NCBI RefSeq assembly: GCF_006345805.1
Contig: NC_042997.1
Location: 1,054,001 to 1,118,000 of the forward strand
Source: Octopus sinensis
Taxonomy: Eukaryota
DNA length: 64,000 nt
Reading direction: 5' to 3'
Shown: positions 26,866-41,589 of the stretch, in pieces
Numbering within the stretch: position 1 is the stretch's first letter
How the letters are laid out: every line of letters begins with the position of its first letter
Notes under the pieces: generated by a model
What the model was told of the DNA's origin: nothing
Seen by the model: only the letters and a program-made list of their open reading frames with translations
The model's database searches: none
Translations under genes and position numbers: made by a program

Positions 26866-27059
26866 TTCAGCAAAATTTAGATTCAGATGAATATGGTACT
26901 TAAGTAAAAGGCACCAGAATTTGGTATGGTATTATCCATATAAATCCATGGGATGATTATTATCCACATAAATTTATGGATTTATATAGATAATACCATA
27001 CAAAATTCCGGTGCCTTTGATTTAAGTACCATATTCATCTGTATCTAAGTTTCTCTGAA
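26866..27059. repeat. Foldback with about 84-bp imperfect arms
   Basis: 26866-26949 (ttcag..gatgaatatggtactt..aaaggcacc..gtatggtattatc..ataaatccat) is reverse-complementary to 26976-27059. Confidence 0.88.
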
Positions 27060-27789
27060 AAAAGTATCTCTGAAGGTCAATGTTGTTCATCATTAAGTAT
27101 GCATTCGAGAAATTTAATTGTCCTACCGAATAATTTTCGTAAATGTGACTTCCGTATGCTGAAACAAGGTTAATTTATCAACCCGAAATTTCAATCTCAG
27201 ATGTTATATTTTTAACGGTGGTAATTATAGAAGACATTTTATAAAGTTTAGACAATTTGAATTTAAAGCAAATTTTAACAACTTAAATAGTAATATCAAG
27301 TAGGTTAACTGATAGTACACCTGCAGATGAAGAATAAATCAAATATAGAAAGTGCCAGCTACAAGCGTCGAAAATCCTGCATATGTTGTTATAAGAAACA
27401 AGCTTCAAAACAAATAATAGTGGAAAACCGTCAATAGAATAAGCAACAGTAACAATAATGTAAATCTGAGGTGACAGTAGAACAGATTAACTGAATACGT
27501 AAAGGAAACACCAAAATATTACGGCTGCACAATTAGATTGGGGCGAATTATAGGAATAGAAATTACCAACGTCACATAGCAAAAGAAAAGTGAACTACAA
27601 TAAATGAACAAAATTGGTGAAACATTAGAATTTCAATAATGCGGATGTCTCGTTAAAGGCGAGGACCGATAAAGATTGATTATTCCGTTTTAGCTATTTA
27701 CTCCCTTAATGATGTTGCTATTCTCTGAAACACTAAATGTGATTTAGCTAATTTTGGAAAAAGTCAGTCATATGTCGGTCAGGGACGTA

Positions 27790-27922
<133 letters not shown>

Positions 27923-28654
27923 CATACATATATACATACATATATACACACGAACACACACGCATATATATGTATGTATGTATGTATGTAGTTAGTTATG
28001 GTATATTCTGTTAAGAACGTATATATTACGGAACAGTCATTTTAAGGAGTTTTATATATTTACCACCCGACGAGATACGTCTGCACCACCGGATACTCCT
28101 GAACCAGTTTTTGTGTGTCGCACAAAAGAAGTCGATGCTAGATGTGTCAAAACATTTGTTGTGGTTAATAATACATTGTCGTATATTCCGTCTTCTGTCT
28201 TCAGTTGTTATTTATCATATATATATATATATATATATATATCAGGGATGTGCCGCCTGGGTAGGCAAATTATGCACCGCCTACCTTGAATAAAATAGAT
28301 CGATAGTAACATTTTACCTTTATACAAAATATGTACCTAATTCAATAAAACTATGAAAGTTACTCCGATTACTATGCATAAAATGCAAAATGTTTTATAT
28401 TTTTTTGTAGATCAGTTAGGGATAATTCGTCCTCGCTTGACAATCTCAGTAGTAGAGCTACGTATCGCACTGTTGTAGTACAAGTGCTGCGTACATTCCT
28501 ACAACACCGTTTTTTTACGCGCTATAAAGGCAGAAGTAAATCTGCATCCAACCTAGTCGCGCGCCTGTGATTCGCTTATTTTGTTAATGTTTTAGTGTTT
28601 TACTGCATAAACGCAACCACCTGCCAACCCTGAGTAATTACTGACGGCTCAAGC

Positions 28655-28694
<40 letters not shown>

Positions 28695-29175
28695 TGTGTG
28701 TGTATGTGTGTTTGTGTGTGTGTGCGTTTGACGTGTTGGCTGGAGCTATATACCAAGAAGAAACTAGATGTAGTATATATAGATTCAACCCTACATACCC
28801 CCTGCCACCATTAAAATAATTATAACTCGATGACAATGTGTATACAGTATAAGCACCTGGCTTAGTGAACTTGTTGATGGTTGTAGAGCGGGTACACTAA
28901 ATTGTTGTACTCTTTGCAATTTTCTTTATTTCTTACATCGTCTGGAAGATATAATTGATAACAGTCAAATGCTTGCCTGATGAGCTTCAGTAATAAAATA
29001 CATTTACAGGCCTTATATACAAGGGTCTCTGCGTTTATGAGTGAAAGCAAAAAAAAAAAAATGGAAGGACAGACTTTAATATATTTTTGCTCTCACCTTT
29101 GAGCAAGTTTCCAATCACGACGACTCATTAATCACTGAGTCCGAAAATTGATATACATACATATACATACATATA

Positions 29176-29341
29176 TACGACGGGCTTCTTCCAGTTTCCG
29201 TCTACCAAATCCACTCACAAGGCTTTGGTCGGGCCGAGGCTATAGTAGAAGACACTTGCCCATGGTGCCACGCAGTGGGAATGAACCCGGAACCATATGG
29301 TTGGTAAGCAAGCTACTTACCACACAGCCACTCCTGCGCCT
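29176..29341 (-). mobile_element. tRNA-derived SINE
   Basis: The reverse complement starts aggcgcaggagtggctgtgtggtaag..ggttccgggttca (A/B-box-like). A second copy of this family is at 44957-45114. Confidence 0.85.
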
Positions 29342-29400
29342 GAAATATGTCTTAATGAAAAAATCCGTTGGCTCACGTCATAAAATAAGAAGTAACACAG

Positions 29401-29831
29401 ATTAATTATGGTTCAGTTCAGTCCAATATTACTAAACATCTGGGAATCCGACGCGTGACTGCCATGTTTGTGGCTAAATTGCTTTCATCTGATACTCGGG
29501 TTTCTGTTGCACAAGATCTTCTTGATTGTGTCGAGAACGGCGAAAACCTTTTGAAAACTTTGCGCAGGCCTCTGAGTAGGTTTCGCGAAGCTTTTAGCGA
29601 AATTTGATGCAAGTTCTCTGTTCAACTTTGTCGTGGTCAATGCGATGCTCACACGCTATACACCTTCATTCAAAGCACTACTATTAAAGAGCGGTTGTGA
29701 GCTAGGACGTTAAATCTTACAGCGCATGCACAACAGAGATCAACGCCAATCTCTGCCAAGCTGCTTTACGCTACTTGGTTTAGTTTCGTTACTATGGCAA
29801 TAGTCCTCATACTTATTGATGAGACTACGTA
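29401..29831. mobile_element. Rearranged mariner fragments: internal piece on + (29401-29575) and 5' end with TIR on - (29577-29831)
   Basis: + frame: INYGSVQSNITKHLGIRRVTAMFVAKLL..VAQDLLD. - strand: TIR-like tacgtagtctcatcaataagtatgagga and KLNRELASNF/EQRTCIKF-type N-terminus. Confidence 0.7.
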
Positions 29832-29866
29832 TATGTGTGCATGTGTTTGTGAGTGTGTATGTTTGA

Positions 29867-29932
<66 letters not shown>

Positions 29933-29954
29933 ATATACACATATATACACTCCT

Positions 29955-32950
29955 CTACCACAAACCTCTTTGCAGAATCATTGACTCTATACTTTTACTG
30001 CCACTCTTCTCAAGCACCTCCACGTTACTAATTACCATTTTCCAGTTTATCCACCCAATTTTTCTCAGACTGTATTGACGGTATCGTTCCAGTTGCCTTA
30101 GATGTCTATGGTGAATACCCATATCTGTCTCACTCCCATATAGCAAAGATGGCGGGATGCACGTGTTATATAACTTAACTTTAATTTTTTAAGATATATT
30201 ATGTCGTGTCCCCAGACGCTTATCAATCCTACGAAAAGCACTACTAACCCTGCTGATTCTATATGATATTTCATCATCAAGACCGGCAGGGCTCAAGGTA
30301 CTTACTAAATAAATAAATCTAGACAGAGTCTCCAAACTTTGACCATTCACAGTTATAAGATGTTTCACGTATATCTTGGAGGGGGCAGTCTGGTACATTA
30401 TAACAGGGTTTTTTTTCACATTGATCGTTACACCCAATGCTGCAGATGCTGTAGAAATCGTATTCAGCATGTGCTACATATCTTCCTGGGAATGTGCCAA
30501 CGGGTAACAATCACCTGAATACAGGATGTCAATGAGGTGAGAATGCAGTACTTACGTTTTTGGATAGTCTTTTGAGATTGTATAGTTTACCCGTTGTTCT
30601 ATATCCTATATAGATCTCTTCAGTGCAATCTTCAAAAGCTATTTGAAAGACTATTGAAAAATACATTGCAAACAATATAAGATCAGAAATATCACCTTGA
30701 TTTACAACATTTCTATAGAAATTGGATCTGATAAGGTACCTTCAACATTAACTCTCACTTTCATCTTGTCATGAAAGTGTCTATGCATTCTCACAAAATT
30801 TTCAGGGTATCCTAGCTTTTTTCAGGGCCTCCCAAAGTGCAATTCTATTGACAGACTCAAACACTTTTGTTAGATCAATGAACACCTAATATAAGTCCAT
30901 TTCCTGTTCAATGCACTTCTCTTGTAATTGTGTAGCTGAAAACATATCCATAGTACTCCTACTATCCCTAAACCCACATTGCGGTTCTGGTAGAACCTCA
31001 TCAGTAATTATAGGAACAATTTATCCGGCATTATCCTACAAAGGACTTTTCCAGCAACAGCTAACAGACTGATGTCATAATAATTATCACAGACATTCTT
31101 TCCACCTTTATATTTATATAGTATCGCCATAGTCGCATCACGCCAATCCGGAGGAACCTCTTCACTATGCCAAACCCTCTGAATCACATCCATCAACATT
31201 GCACAAGTATGCTCTCCACTGTATATATAAATGTCTGCACCTAGTCCATCCATACCAGGGGCCTTTCCATTGTACAATTTCCTGATTGATGGTTTTATTT
31301 CAGCTACGTCTGGAACCTCCGCTAAACGATGTTTTGTCGGTTATTATCAAGAAAAGAGAGGTCAAATTTAATGAGTCTATTGAGCAACTCATCAAACATG
31401 CACTTTCCATCTGCCAACTATATCTTTAGGATTTCTTAATAATTCTGTTCCATCCTTGCTCCGAAGTGGTGCAACTGTTGATGAAGCTGATCCATAAACT
31501 TTTTTCAAGGGACAAAAAGAATGCTTGGAATTGTTAGCATTTGAGCTTCTTGTACTCCTTCGCATCTACCACTTCACCAATTTTCCTGTATCATCCTCAG
31601 CTTTCTCTGCATTGTTGCTTTTACTGCCTTGGTCGTTGACATGTCAAAATTTTGCTATATGGTAAATGCCTTTCGCTTTCTCTTTAAGACTAATTTCTTC
31701 ATCTTTATCGTCAAACCTATCTTGGTAGAGCCAAGAATGTTACTACAGTCCTCATACACTCTTTGAATGACTTCCAACTTCTCTCACGGGACAAAGGTTA
31801 TCTATCTCACTCACAAACTCATTGTGTACTGACGGTATCTTAAGTTTATTGACATCAATCCGTTTAGGTAACTTGTCATTATTTGCTCTAACCTTACGCA
31901 TGACAAAAAAAATTCACCTTGCCACGCCAACTCCTATGGTCGGTCCAGCACTCTGCACCACGCATCACTTGTACGGTAGTGAAACACCCAGTATCTTGTT
32001 TCCTAGTGACGATGTAAACTATAAGATGTCATTTCTTAGAACCAGGGTGCACTCAAGTCGCTTTATACGTATTTTTTAGTTGAAACATTGTATTTGTGAA
32101 ACACTGATCCATCTCTACGTACATTTGTAACAGTAGTAAACTATTACTGTTGGAACCCCCAACCCAATTCCTTCCTAAAACACCCAAGTCTCTCCATCTG
32201 CACCAACGTGAGCATTAAAATCACCTAAAATGATAAATTTGTCATTGGGAAAGTGATAGTAAGTGATAGGCAGAAAGCAAGTTTATCATCCTCTGATGAT
32301 AAGTGTTGAAACCAGAGTGGATTTGATTGAAAATTATGCTCCTGATTCTCTCTTATTGCTCTCATTTCTGCTGCTCCAAAATAAATGATATCCAGCAGAT
32401 TTCTCTACAAAATTCCCTTTTCCATGAATTCATGTTTCGAATAATGATACAACGCCCATATCATATCGCTGTAACTCTTTAGCAACAAGTGCGGGTCTTT
32501 TCTCCGAACGCGATTTCAGACAACCACTGTCTCACACACAAACATAGAACATTCTAACACCCTATATTCATAGGCCTTCATCTTAGCCTGAATTAACTCA
32601 CAGTGGCAGGATGACGACCGGGTCCAGGACACCTGCCGGGACCGACCACGGAACTAAATGTTCCAGAGCCATTTTTGCCATTTGCTTCAGTATTAATATC
32701 AACTTGCACTGTTTAGTTGTGTCTTTTCAGGCTTCGGTCAGGCATGTACATACAAGATGTTCGTTTCTCATTCTTCTCCAGCGATACCTGTGCTTGACGA
32801 TTCTTAAAGGCAGGAAAAGTTTTGCGCACCCTCTAAACTACAATGCATGATCCTTCCCACCAAAGAAAAAGAGCGAGTGGATATCATTGGGTGCATTAGC
32901 AGTCGCAGGTTTTATATCAGAGTATCCTTCGCCCAATGAAAGGCTAACTA
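29955..32950 (-). mobile_element. RTE-clade (BovB-like) LINE, degenerate, 3' end missing
   Basis: APE: RPALVAKELQRYD, GYHLFWS, LGDFNA. RT: KAPGMDG, VPPDWRDA, NYYDISLLAVAGKVL, FIDLTK, LW..L.KLGYP. Thumb: FIYLVSTLS, LLYGSET. Confidence 0.88.
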
Positions 32951-33508
32951 CAAGACATCAGTGAAGTATTTAAATTCAAAATTACATAGATAGCCTGCTC
33001 TTGCCACAGCTTCAGTAAGCAAAGAATCTCCATCCACTCCTTATCTAGTTATCATACGAAAAAATAAAAAAAAACTGAGATACAATTGAGTAAAAGACTA
33101 AAAATGGATACAATACTTACAATTTAGAACACAATACATACAATATACACGCATACAGTTTGAAATACAATATATGCAATATGTATACACAGACACACAC
33201 ACACACACATAAACACTCCACACACATGTCCACAGATACACAGTATTAAATGGTCGTTGACTACACTGTAGTTCTTATGCCTTTGGCGAGTCTTATTTTT
33301 TGCCCCGAAGCGTGTCCAAGAACAACCCTCCTCACCATGCACGCTTAGTGGTGTTGCCAGTTTAAACACGAAAGTACCGACCATGTAACAGATTCTACTA
33401 GATTACATGTTACCAGCAGCATTCAAGAGCAACCTGACGTAGACAAAAGCATGCATATGTAAATATACATACACCCCACCACACATGCACATACATACAT
33501 ACATACAT

Positions 33509-33586
<78 letters not shown>

Positions 33587-33698
33587 ATATATATAAATAG
33601 ATTTATAAATGAGGGTGAACAATTTAATAACATCATCAGTTTAACACCAAGTGGCTTAGCACATAAAACTAGGGAGATAATACAAATTTATACATAAA

Positions 33699-34365
<667 letters not shown>

Positions 34366-34436
34366 ATATATATATATATATATATATAGGTGAATTGAAG
34401 AAATGGAGCTGAACGCAGATTGAACAGAAATCGTTT

Positions 34437-34530
34437 TATTTCATTCTACACGTGTTTCGAAAGGCACAATTTACCAAAATCCGATTGAATAATGGGACCA
34501 TATTGTGTCTTTCTCTTCAGGAAGAAAATA
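34437..34530 (-). ncRNA. Type-I hammerhead in the inverted pLTR (GUA)
   Basis: Reverse-complement copy of 35793-35886. Confidence 0.8.
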
Positions 34531-34747
34531 GGAAATCCGTTGGAAAAAACAAAAACAGAACAGAGGCGGAGCAAAAACAAATCGAACTAGGCTCCTAAGA
34601 GCCCATGGCGAAACTGTTTATCAGTGTATGTTGAGAACCGGTGGCTGAAGAATTTAACGGGTCAGGCATCGGTCAATCATGTGGGTGAGGGTGTGTAGAT
34701 GTTCTTTGTGACCGAGAATAAAGTTCTGACTATTTAAGGAATATTGG

Positions 34748-35197
34748 ATGTTTTATAAGGGGCGAGAAAAAATCTACTTAGAGACTAATCCTAGCAGAAT
34801 AAGATTCACGTCGGCGAACTCCAAGATCAAAAACGCCGTCTACCAATGCAAGGTTTACATGGACTCAGATGTCTTCACTTATGTAGGGGCCTCATCCTCA
34901 AGATTGTCTTTGCGAGTCTCCAACCATTACGCAACTTTTCGGGACATAAACAAGCGCCAGACCACGGGACTCAGTAAGCTAATATGGCGACTGAAGGATA
35001 CGAACTTAAGCTACAGGCTGGAATGGTCAATTTTGTCGGTGGCCCTCCCATTTGATAGGGGCAGAAGGCAGTGCAACCTTTGTGTCTCCGAACTCTTCCA
35101 TATTTTGTTTGCCAGCGGCCGGATGGTAAACGGGCTTTTACAGTCGGCTTTTCGATGTCCCCATTGGCGGCGTTACACTTATCTGGCTTTTAAATAG
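34748..35197 (+). CDS. Penelope GIY-YIG endonuclease domain ORF (149 aa, chimeric N-terminus)
   Basis: NAVYQC..YVGASS..LRVSNHY..LSKLIWRL..LEWSIL..CNLCVSE..RCPH. Highly similar to the C-terminus of 61121..62101. Confidence 0.75.
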   Translation: MFYKGREKIYLETNPSRIRFTSANSKIKNAVYQCKVYMDSDVFTYVGASSSRLSLRVSNHYATFRDINKRQTTGLSKLIWRLKDTNLSYRLEWSILSVALPFDRGRRQCNLCVSELFHILFASGRMVNGLLQSAFRCPHWRRYTYLAFK

Positions 35198-35792
35198 CGT
35201 TTATAAATAATACCGGCACCCATAGCCCTTGGTAATAAATTCTGAAATAGCCTTTAAGATATCTACGATTAACCACTGCAAGGGGAATTACTCCTGTAAG
35301 ATAAACGGGGCTTGGTTTTTTCACAACGGGGGGTTTCCTTGACAAGGTTAGGCTTAGATGAACACACACACACATAAAACATAATATATATATATATATA
35401 TATTTTTTTTCTGCCACCCAACGGTTCTCACTGCAGTAGCCACTGACAGCCGAACGATCAAACGCACACACGTACACAAAAAATGTTTTCTACCCCTACG
35501 CCAGCACACACATATTTAGAACAGTAGACACACACACGTCTCTAAGTAGATTTTTTCTCGCCCCTTGTAAAACATCCAATATTCCTTAAATAGTCAGAAC
35601 TTTATTCTCGGTCACAAAAAACATCTACACACCCTCACCCACATGATTGACCGATGCCTGACCCGTTAAATTCTTCAGCCACCGGTTCTCAACATACACT
35701 GATAAACAGTTTCGCCATGGGCTCTTAGGAGCCTAGTTCGATTTGTTTTTGCTCCGCCTCTGTTCTGTTTTTGTTTTTTCCAACGGATTTCC

Positions 35793-35886
35793 TATTTTCT
35801 TCCTGAAGAGAAAGACACAATATGGTCCCATTATTCAATCGGATTTTGGTAAATTGTGCCTTTCGAAACACGTGTAGAATGAAATA
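35793..35886 (+). ncRNA. Type-I hammerhead in the Penelope 3' end (GUA, dimer-type stem III)
   Basis: tattttcttc-CUGAAGA-gaaagacacaat..attgtgcctttc-GAAA-C ACGU G-UA|gaatgaaata. Stem II pairs 11 of 12 positions; palindrome ACACGTGT. Confidence 0.82.
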
Positions 35887-36128
35887 AAACGATTTCTGTT
35901 CAATCTGCGTTCAGCTCCATTTCTTCAATTCACCAATAATATTTTAATTTCAATTATCCGCACCAACGCACGGTTGCAACACCATATGGTTGTACCTCCA
36001 ACTGTGCTGTTTACTGCTGTGATTTTTGCTACCAAGGTATCGGTTAAACTTTTGATTAATCTACTACAAGATTATTCATCTTTCTATTTCACATTATATA
36101 TATATATATATATATATAAACATATATA

Positions 36129-36167
<39 letters not shown>

Positions 36168-36352
36168 ATATATGCTTTATCTATATACTAACGTGTGTAT
36201 ATTCCTCTAACTTGTAATCTTATAAGACTTTTAAAGGATTATGTTAAGTGTTTACATATTTTGAATACTTAACTGAGAAGAAATTGGTAATCGTTTTGGA
36301 GTAATCCCTTATTTTTACTTATATATATATGTATGCATGTGTGTATATGTGT

Positions 36353-36384
<32 letters not shown>

Positions 36385-37119
36385 ATATATATATACACAT
36401 TCACACGCGCATGCACACGCACGCACATATATATTACGCACACTCCTATGCTTATGTGTTCATGTTATCAATTGTATACGCTTATGATAACGTTTATGAA
36501 ATGTGTAAGTTTCGAATATAGAATGTCTTTCTGTATATTCACATTTTAGTGATACCAAAACATTTCAGCTTTTGTACTTTGATTTGCAATTATTCCAGTA
36601 CATTACGATTATTATTTTATCAAACCTTTCGATTCACTCACTCATGAAGCGTATGAACGACAAATCAAAGTGGAAAATATTTATTTGAGCGAAAAAACAA
36701 TCGTTTCTGCATCGACTTTCCATTGATTTTTATACTTAGATGGGGATAATTTTCCATTCAATTTTACCTATGCGGTGTAGGCCATTTAGTTAGGCCAGTT
36801 GCTGGTTATATTGCAACGTAATTACGTTTGATTGTCTGGGAAACTATCGAATTTGCAAATATGTTATTGAAAGGGAATGTATTCACAGAAAATATCACGT
36901 AGAGTAAGTAATATAAGCAGTAACATAAACGAATATGAAATTTAATAAATAAGCCTGTGGGTTAAGCACTGAAATTTGTAATTTCACACACACACACAAA
37001 TCAAGTGCTTTATATTACCACATTCCACATGCAATATACTATTTAATAGGATCATGATATGCTACAGATTTATTGTGTACCTGCTCTAAATGCATACACA
37101 CACAAACACACACGCACAC

Positions 37120-37317
37120 ACATACACACACATACACACACATACATACATACATACATACATACATACATACATACATACATACATACATACATACATG
37201 CATACATACATACATACATACATACATACATGCATACATACATACATACATACTACATACATACATACATACATACATACATACATGCATGCATACATAC
37301 ATACATACATACATACA
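37120..37317. repeat. (CA)n-(TACA)n microsatellite
   Basis: Direct reading. Confidence 0.95.
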
Positions 37318-37613
37318 TTTCGTCGCCCTCTTTAAGCCTAGCCAGGCTCATGGGCCCGGTTTCATGGTTTCTGTGGCGTATGTGTCCCCCCCCCCCAGCT
37401 GGACGGGACGCCAGTCTCTCGCAGCGTTACTCAAGAAACAGGATGAAAGAGTGAGAGAAAGTTGTGGCGAAAGAGTACAACAGGGGTCGCCTCTTCGTGG
37501 AGCTTTTAGGTGTTTTCGCTCAATAAACACACACAACATATGTCTGGGAATCGAAACTGCGATCCTCCGACCGCAAGTCCGCTTCCCTAACCACTGCGCC
37601 ATTGCGCCTCCAC
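37318..37613 (-). mobile_element. tRNA-derived SINE
   Basis: The reverse complement has an A box tggcgcagtgg and a B box gtttcgattccc. Confidence 0.8.
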
Positions 37614-37632
37614 ACACACACACACAAACACA

Positions 37633-37721
<89 letters not shown>

Positions 37722-40700
37722 GTGTGTATATGTATAATTTAATTAATATTGACAGAGCCTTTAGAACTTGAAAATTCATATAAAGAGAATTTAATCAGTA
37801 AACGGGGGAAAAATGTCATCCACTGTGTAATGTAGCCTTTGATAATTTGTGTCATTAGATTTATGTATGTTAATTAGGTCATTATGGCTTTTAAACATAA
37901 ACTGTTATGTTAATGATTTCTAACTTTGATCCGGTTGAGTTATTCGTTGTATGTATGAATGAAAATTATGGAATTGAATACGTGTCAACTTTAAATTTTG
38001 TCGATTAGCTTTGTGCAAGATTTATGAACCCGGTTCCAGAGATGACAACCTTGCGTTTTCCAACACCATTAAAATTCTTCATGCTTCCAAAACCGTAGAC
38101 AATGCTTAAGTATTATATTATTTTATTTAGAATGTTATAATAATGACATGTGTATCAAGTGATCATATAATGTAATATTGGAAGGGAGGTATTAATTTAC
38201 TTGAAATATTGTGATATAAGGTAATAGTTATTGATGGATATCTATTTCTATTGCAAAAGGATGTACAATTTAGTGATTTATTTTTTCGGATAAGACACAC
38301 ATCAATGCTGGAAAACTTTTAAAGAAATATCAGTGGCCTTTCAGTCATTAGTATATTAATATTATTGGTTGATGAACCTATTCCGTCCCCAATGTACACC
38401 GATATTTATCGCATAGATCACATGGATGCACAGACAATATAATTAAATACCTAAACGGTATATAAACGATAAACTATTTTTAAAAAACTGATATTCTGTC
38501 TTAATTACAAGTATTAGCAATAAAAATTGTAATGCGATAGAATTTCTGACACTCGATTACCTAAATAATTTTGCTCTAACTGAAGGATTTACTGCATAAC
38601 TTGTTCACAAGTTAAGAATTGTAACACGATTTATGATACTCAAAACAAAATTGGTAGGTTTAAACATTCTGCTATATAGGAGAATATATAGAGAAAATTA
38701 ACAATATAATAGCAACACGAATACAAAATATAAATAACAATATAAATAGAATACTATGTGTATTATTTAAGTAATAAGGTTTAGAATTATTGAGTGTATC
38801 CAAATTCATTGTTTCGTGGCTTCCTTGCTTGTATACAGAACAATTTTTGCTACACTAATTAGTTACTGGCATTATTTAATGAAATATTGACTGTAGATTG
38901 CCCAACAATCTATACTATTTTCAGGATGATAAAATTTTTAATTGAAGTTATGAGTTGGTAAAGATGTGAGTCATTTGTTCAAATGTATTTCTAAGTGATA
39001 AAATGATCTTAGATTAGTCGCTTATAATATACACTTACTTAATTTCCTAATTATTAAATTGTTTTATTGTTTTACTAAATTAAGATATTGCTTTGCAACT
39101 AGGTAAGTTAGTACTAAATTTCAGGCAAAACCGCACTCGGAATAAAATCAGTCAGCTCTACAAACTATATATTTTTACTCAGCATCACAACACCTTCAAA
39201 ACTATTCTGTAAACAAGGGCGAATGTATTCCTTCATCACCTTTCTGTTAACTCTTCTAATTCTATAAATGATGCTGGTCTGTTTAATTCTTTGTTATTTT
39301 TCTTTCTTTTGTCATTTATCAAAAAGTACTTCGGCGAACAGAACTCTCATGGGAAAACCCTCTAAATCCAATAGTCGCTTTGTATTTATCTCCCCCTGCT
39401 GGCACAAAAATCTTAAATCCTATCCACAAGTTCACCTGGTTCACCACCACGCATGTATCGATACCGAATGCAACATTAGCGATTGTCTCTAATGTGAGTA
39501 ACGCCTCTGATTTCTTCCCTTCATTTTACTTCAAATAATGACACGCATTAGGAACCCTCATACTTACCACTTACTTCAAGCTTGTACTTTCTTTCTTCCA
39601 CCTTCTCCTTCTTTGTCTTTGTTTCCACGGCAACGCAGGTAATATTTCATTGCTTTCTTCATTTCAGCATCAAACCTATCACTTCGAATCTATACCAAAT
39701 TCCTGAAGAAATATTTTGAAATCATCTTTCAGTGTCAGCCTCTCAATCGAGCTTTCTCCAACAATAAAAGACAAAACAAGAACTTCGTTCACTGTACATA
39801 ACAAGGAAACATCATCGCACCTCGATTACAGAAGTTTTGAGATTTACATATGTAAAGTTCTCGCGATTGCTTTTAAAGCTAGTCCTGACTGCCACTGAGA
39901 AAAACATCTATAAAATACTGGCCTTTCTCTTAAAAGCCATATAATATTTAATATATCAATATCTAAAAGTTCTTTACAAACTTCAGACGAGACCTATAAT
40001 TCTCCACAGACAATGTTGCAACATACACAGATAACACAAACCTGCTCTAGAGGGCGTTTGCAGGAGTATTTATAAAATTACATTGATATTTACTCCAGCC
40101 TCTATCCTACTCTCATGATGTTTTCTATCACAGCTTTTGCTATTATTCCAATGTTCATTACTCCTCAAATCTGTTCAGTCTCATGTCATTTCCACGCACA
40201 CGCTAAACTCACGCACCTCGCACACAATCAGACGAATGTGTCTTATCAATGAGTGCTACAGAAAAAGCCCATCTCGCTCAAGACTTCTGAGAATGTCGGT
40301 CCTCCGGAATATTTTTCATGACATGCGTTTTGTTTATACTGCAGTCAGCCATTTGCGACAACTGAAGCACAAAGTTAATGAGATCAAAGCTAGAAGCTCT
40401 GCAAAGTCTATAGAAACATACTATTCCTCCACTTCCAAAACTTCCCTTCCACTGGTCAATTCAACGCTGGTGCACAGGAGGCTAGTCAATCCGACGTTAT
40501 TGAAGAAAATGTCGCCTGAAGACATTATATTATAGGTTCTAACCAAGAGACAAACGCATTCGATGCAAAAATTTTAACACACGCAGAGCTACATGAAAGG
40601 GCTACATGAAAAACAATAGTGCAGTACCTTTTATTTCCATTCTTATGTGGAAAACCAAATGAGTGTGATGAATGAAAAACACAAACTGAAGAGCGGAATG

Positions 40701-41372
40701 AGTTAAACATTAGAATATTTTGCGTATATATTTTGATTATATTTTATACAATAGTTATTCATGTCAGAAATTTCAAAAATCCTGCAGTATCTCAATATCT
40801 AATCTTGATTAATATCATTTTATCTAATTTAATCCGTCCACAATGAATACAAACAAATATAATGAATAATCGAAAATGGACAATAATCAAGACTAGACAA
40901 TAATCAAGGGAGCCACTTCCTTCAAATCAGAAAATTTGAATTATAACATTTGTTTTTATAGGAAATCATATTAATCTTCGCTTCAATCTCATTTCCATCA
41001 TGCTACGTTATTCTTTATACGATATTCACAAGGAATTATGTCGGTACTATTTTTATTGTTGTGACAGCCGTTCTAATAATGATGGTGGTGAATAATCATT
41101 AAGAACATTGTAACCCCTATTATCGTTAGATACGAAGGCTATCCGTAACTTTTGCCGTCAATAACCTTATTACTTTCACTTTATATTCACATTCATAGAG
41201 CAAAGCATAAAGTTTACTACATAAAGCGTTCTAGAAAGCACAGTTGTCTATCTCATAAAGTACAGTGATATATTCGTCAGGAATACACTCTCTCACACAC
41301 ACACAAACACACACGTATTGATATACACATACGCACAGATACATATATGTTATATATATTTTATTCTTTAAT

Positions 41373-41585
41373 TCTTTTACTTGTTTCAGTCATTTGACTG
41401 CGGCCATGCTGGAGCACGACCTTTAGCCGAACAATTCCAAACCAAGGCTTAATCTTTGTAAGCCTAATACTTATTCTAGCGGTATCCTTGTGTCGAACTG
41501 CTAAGTTGTGGGGACGTAAACACACCGCCATGGTTTGTCGACGGATGGTAAGGTGGGGACAAACACAAAAACGTAAACATACACA
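41373..41585 (-). mobile_element. SINE 3' segment
   Basis: gactgcggccatgctggagcac..ctaagtt..ggggacgtaaacacacc, homologous to 44755-44900. Confidence 0.7.
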
Positions 41586-41589
41586 TATA

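Larger units (their letters stand above)
34389..35934 (+). mobile_element. Young 5'-truncated Penelope element with a 397-bp inverted pseudo-LTR
   Basis: 34389-34785 is a near-perfect reverse complement of 35538-35934. The GIY-YIG ORF lies between. The left end abuts (TA)n. Confidence 0.93.

Noticed and set aside
28243-28632. Possible hAT-type MITE (caggg...ccctg)
   Set aside because: Only about 7 bp of terminal match and no 8-bp TSD.
39170-40560. Higher-complexity stretch that may be an ancient LINE
   Set aside because: No diagnostic motif could be recovered in any frame.
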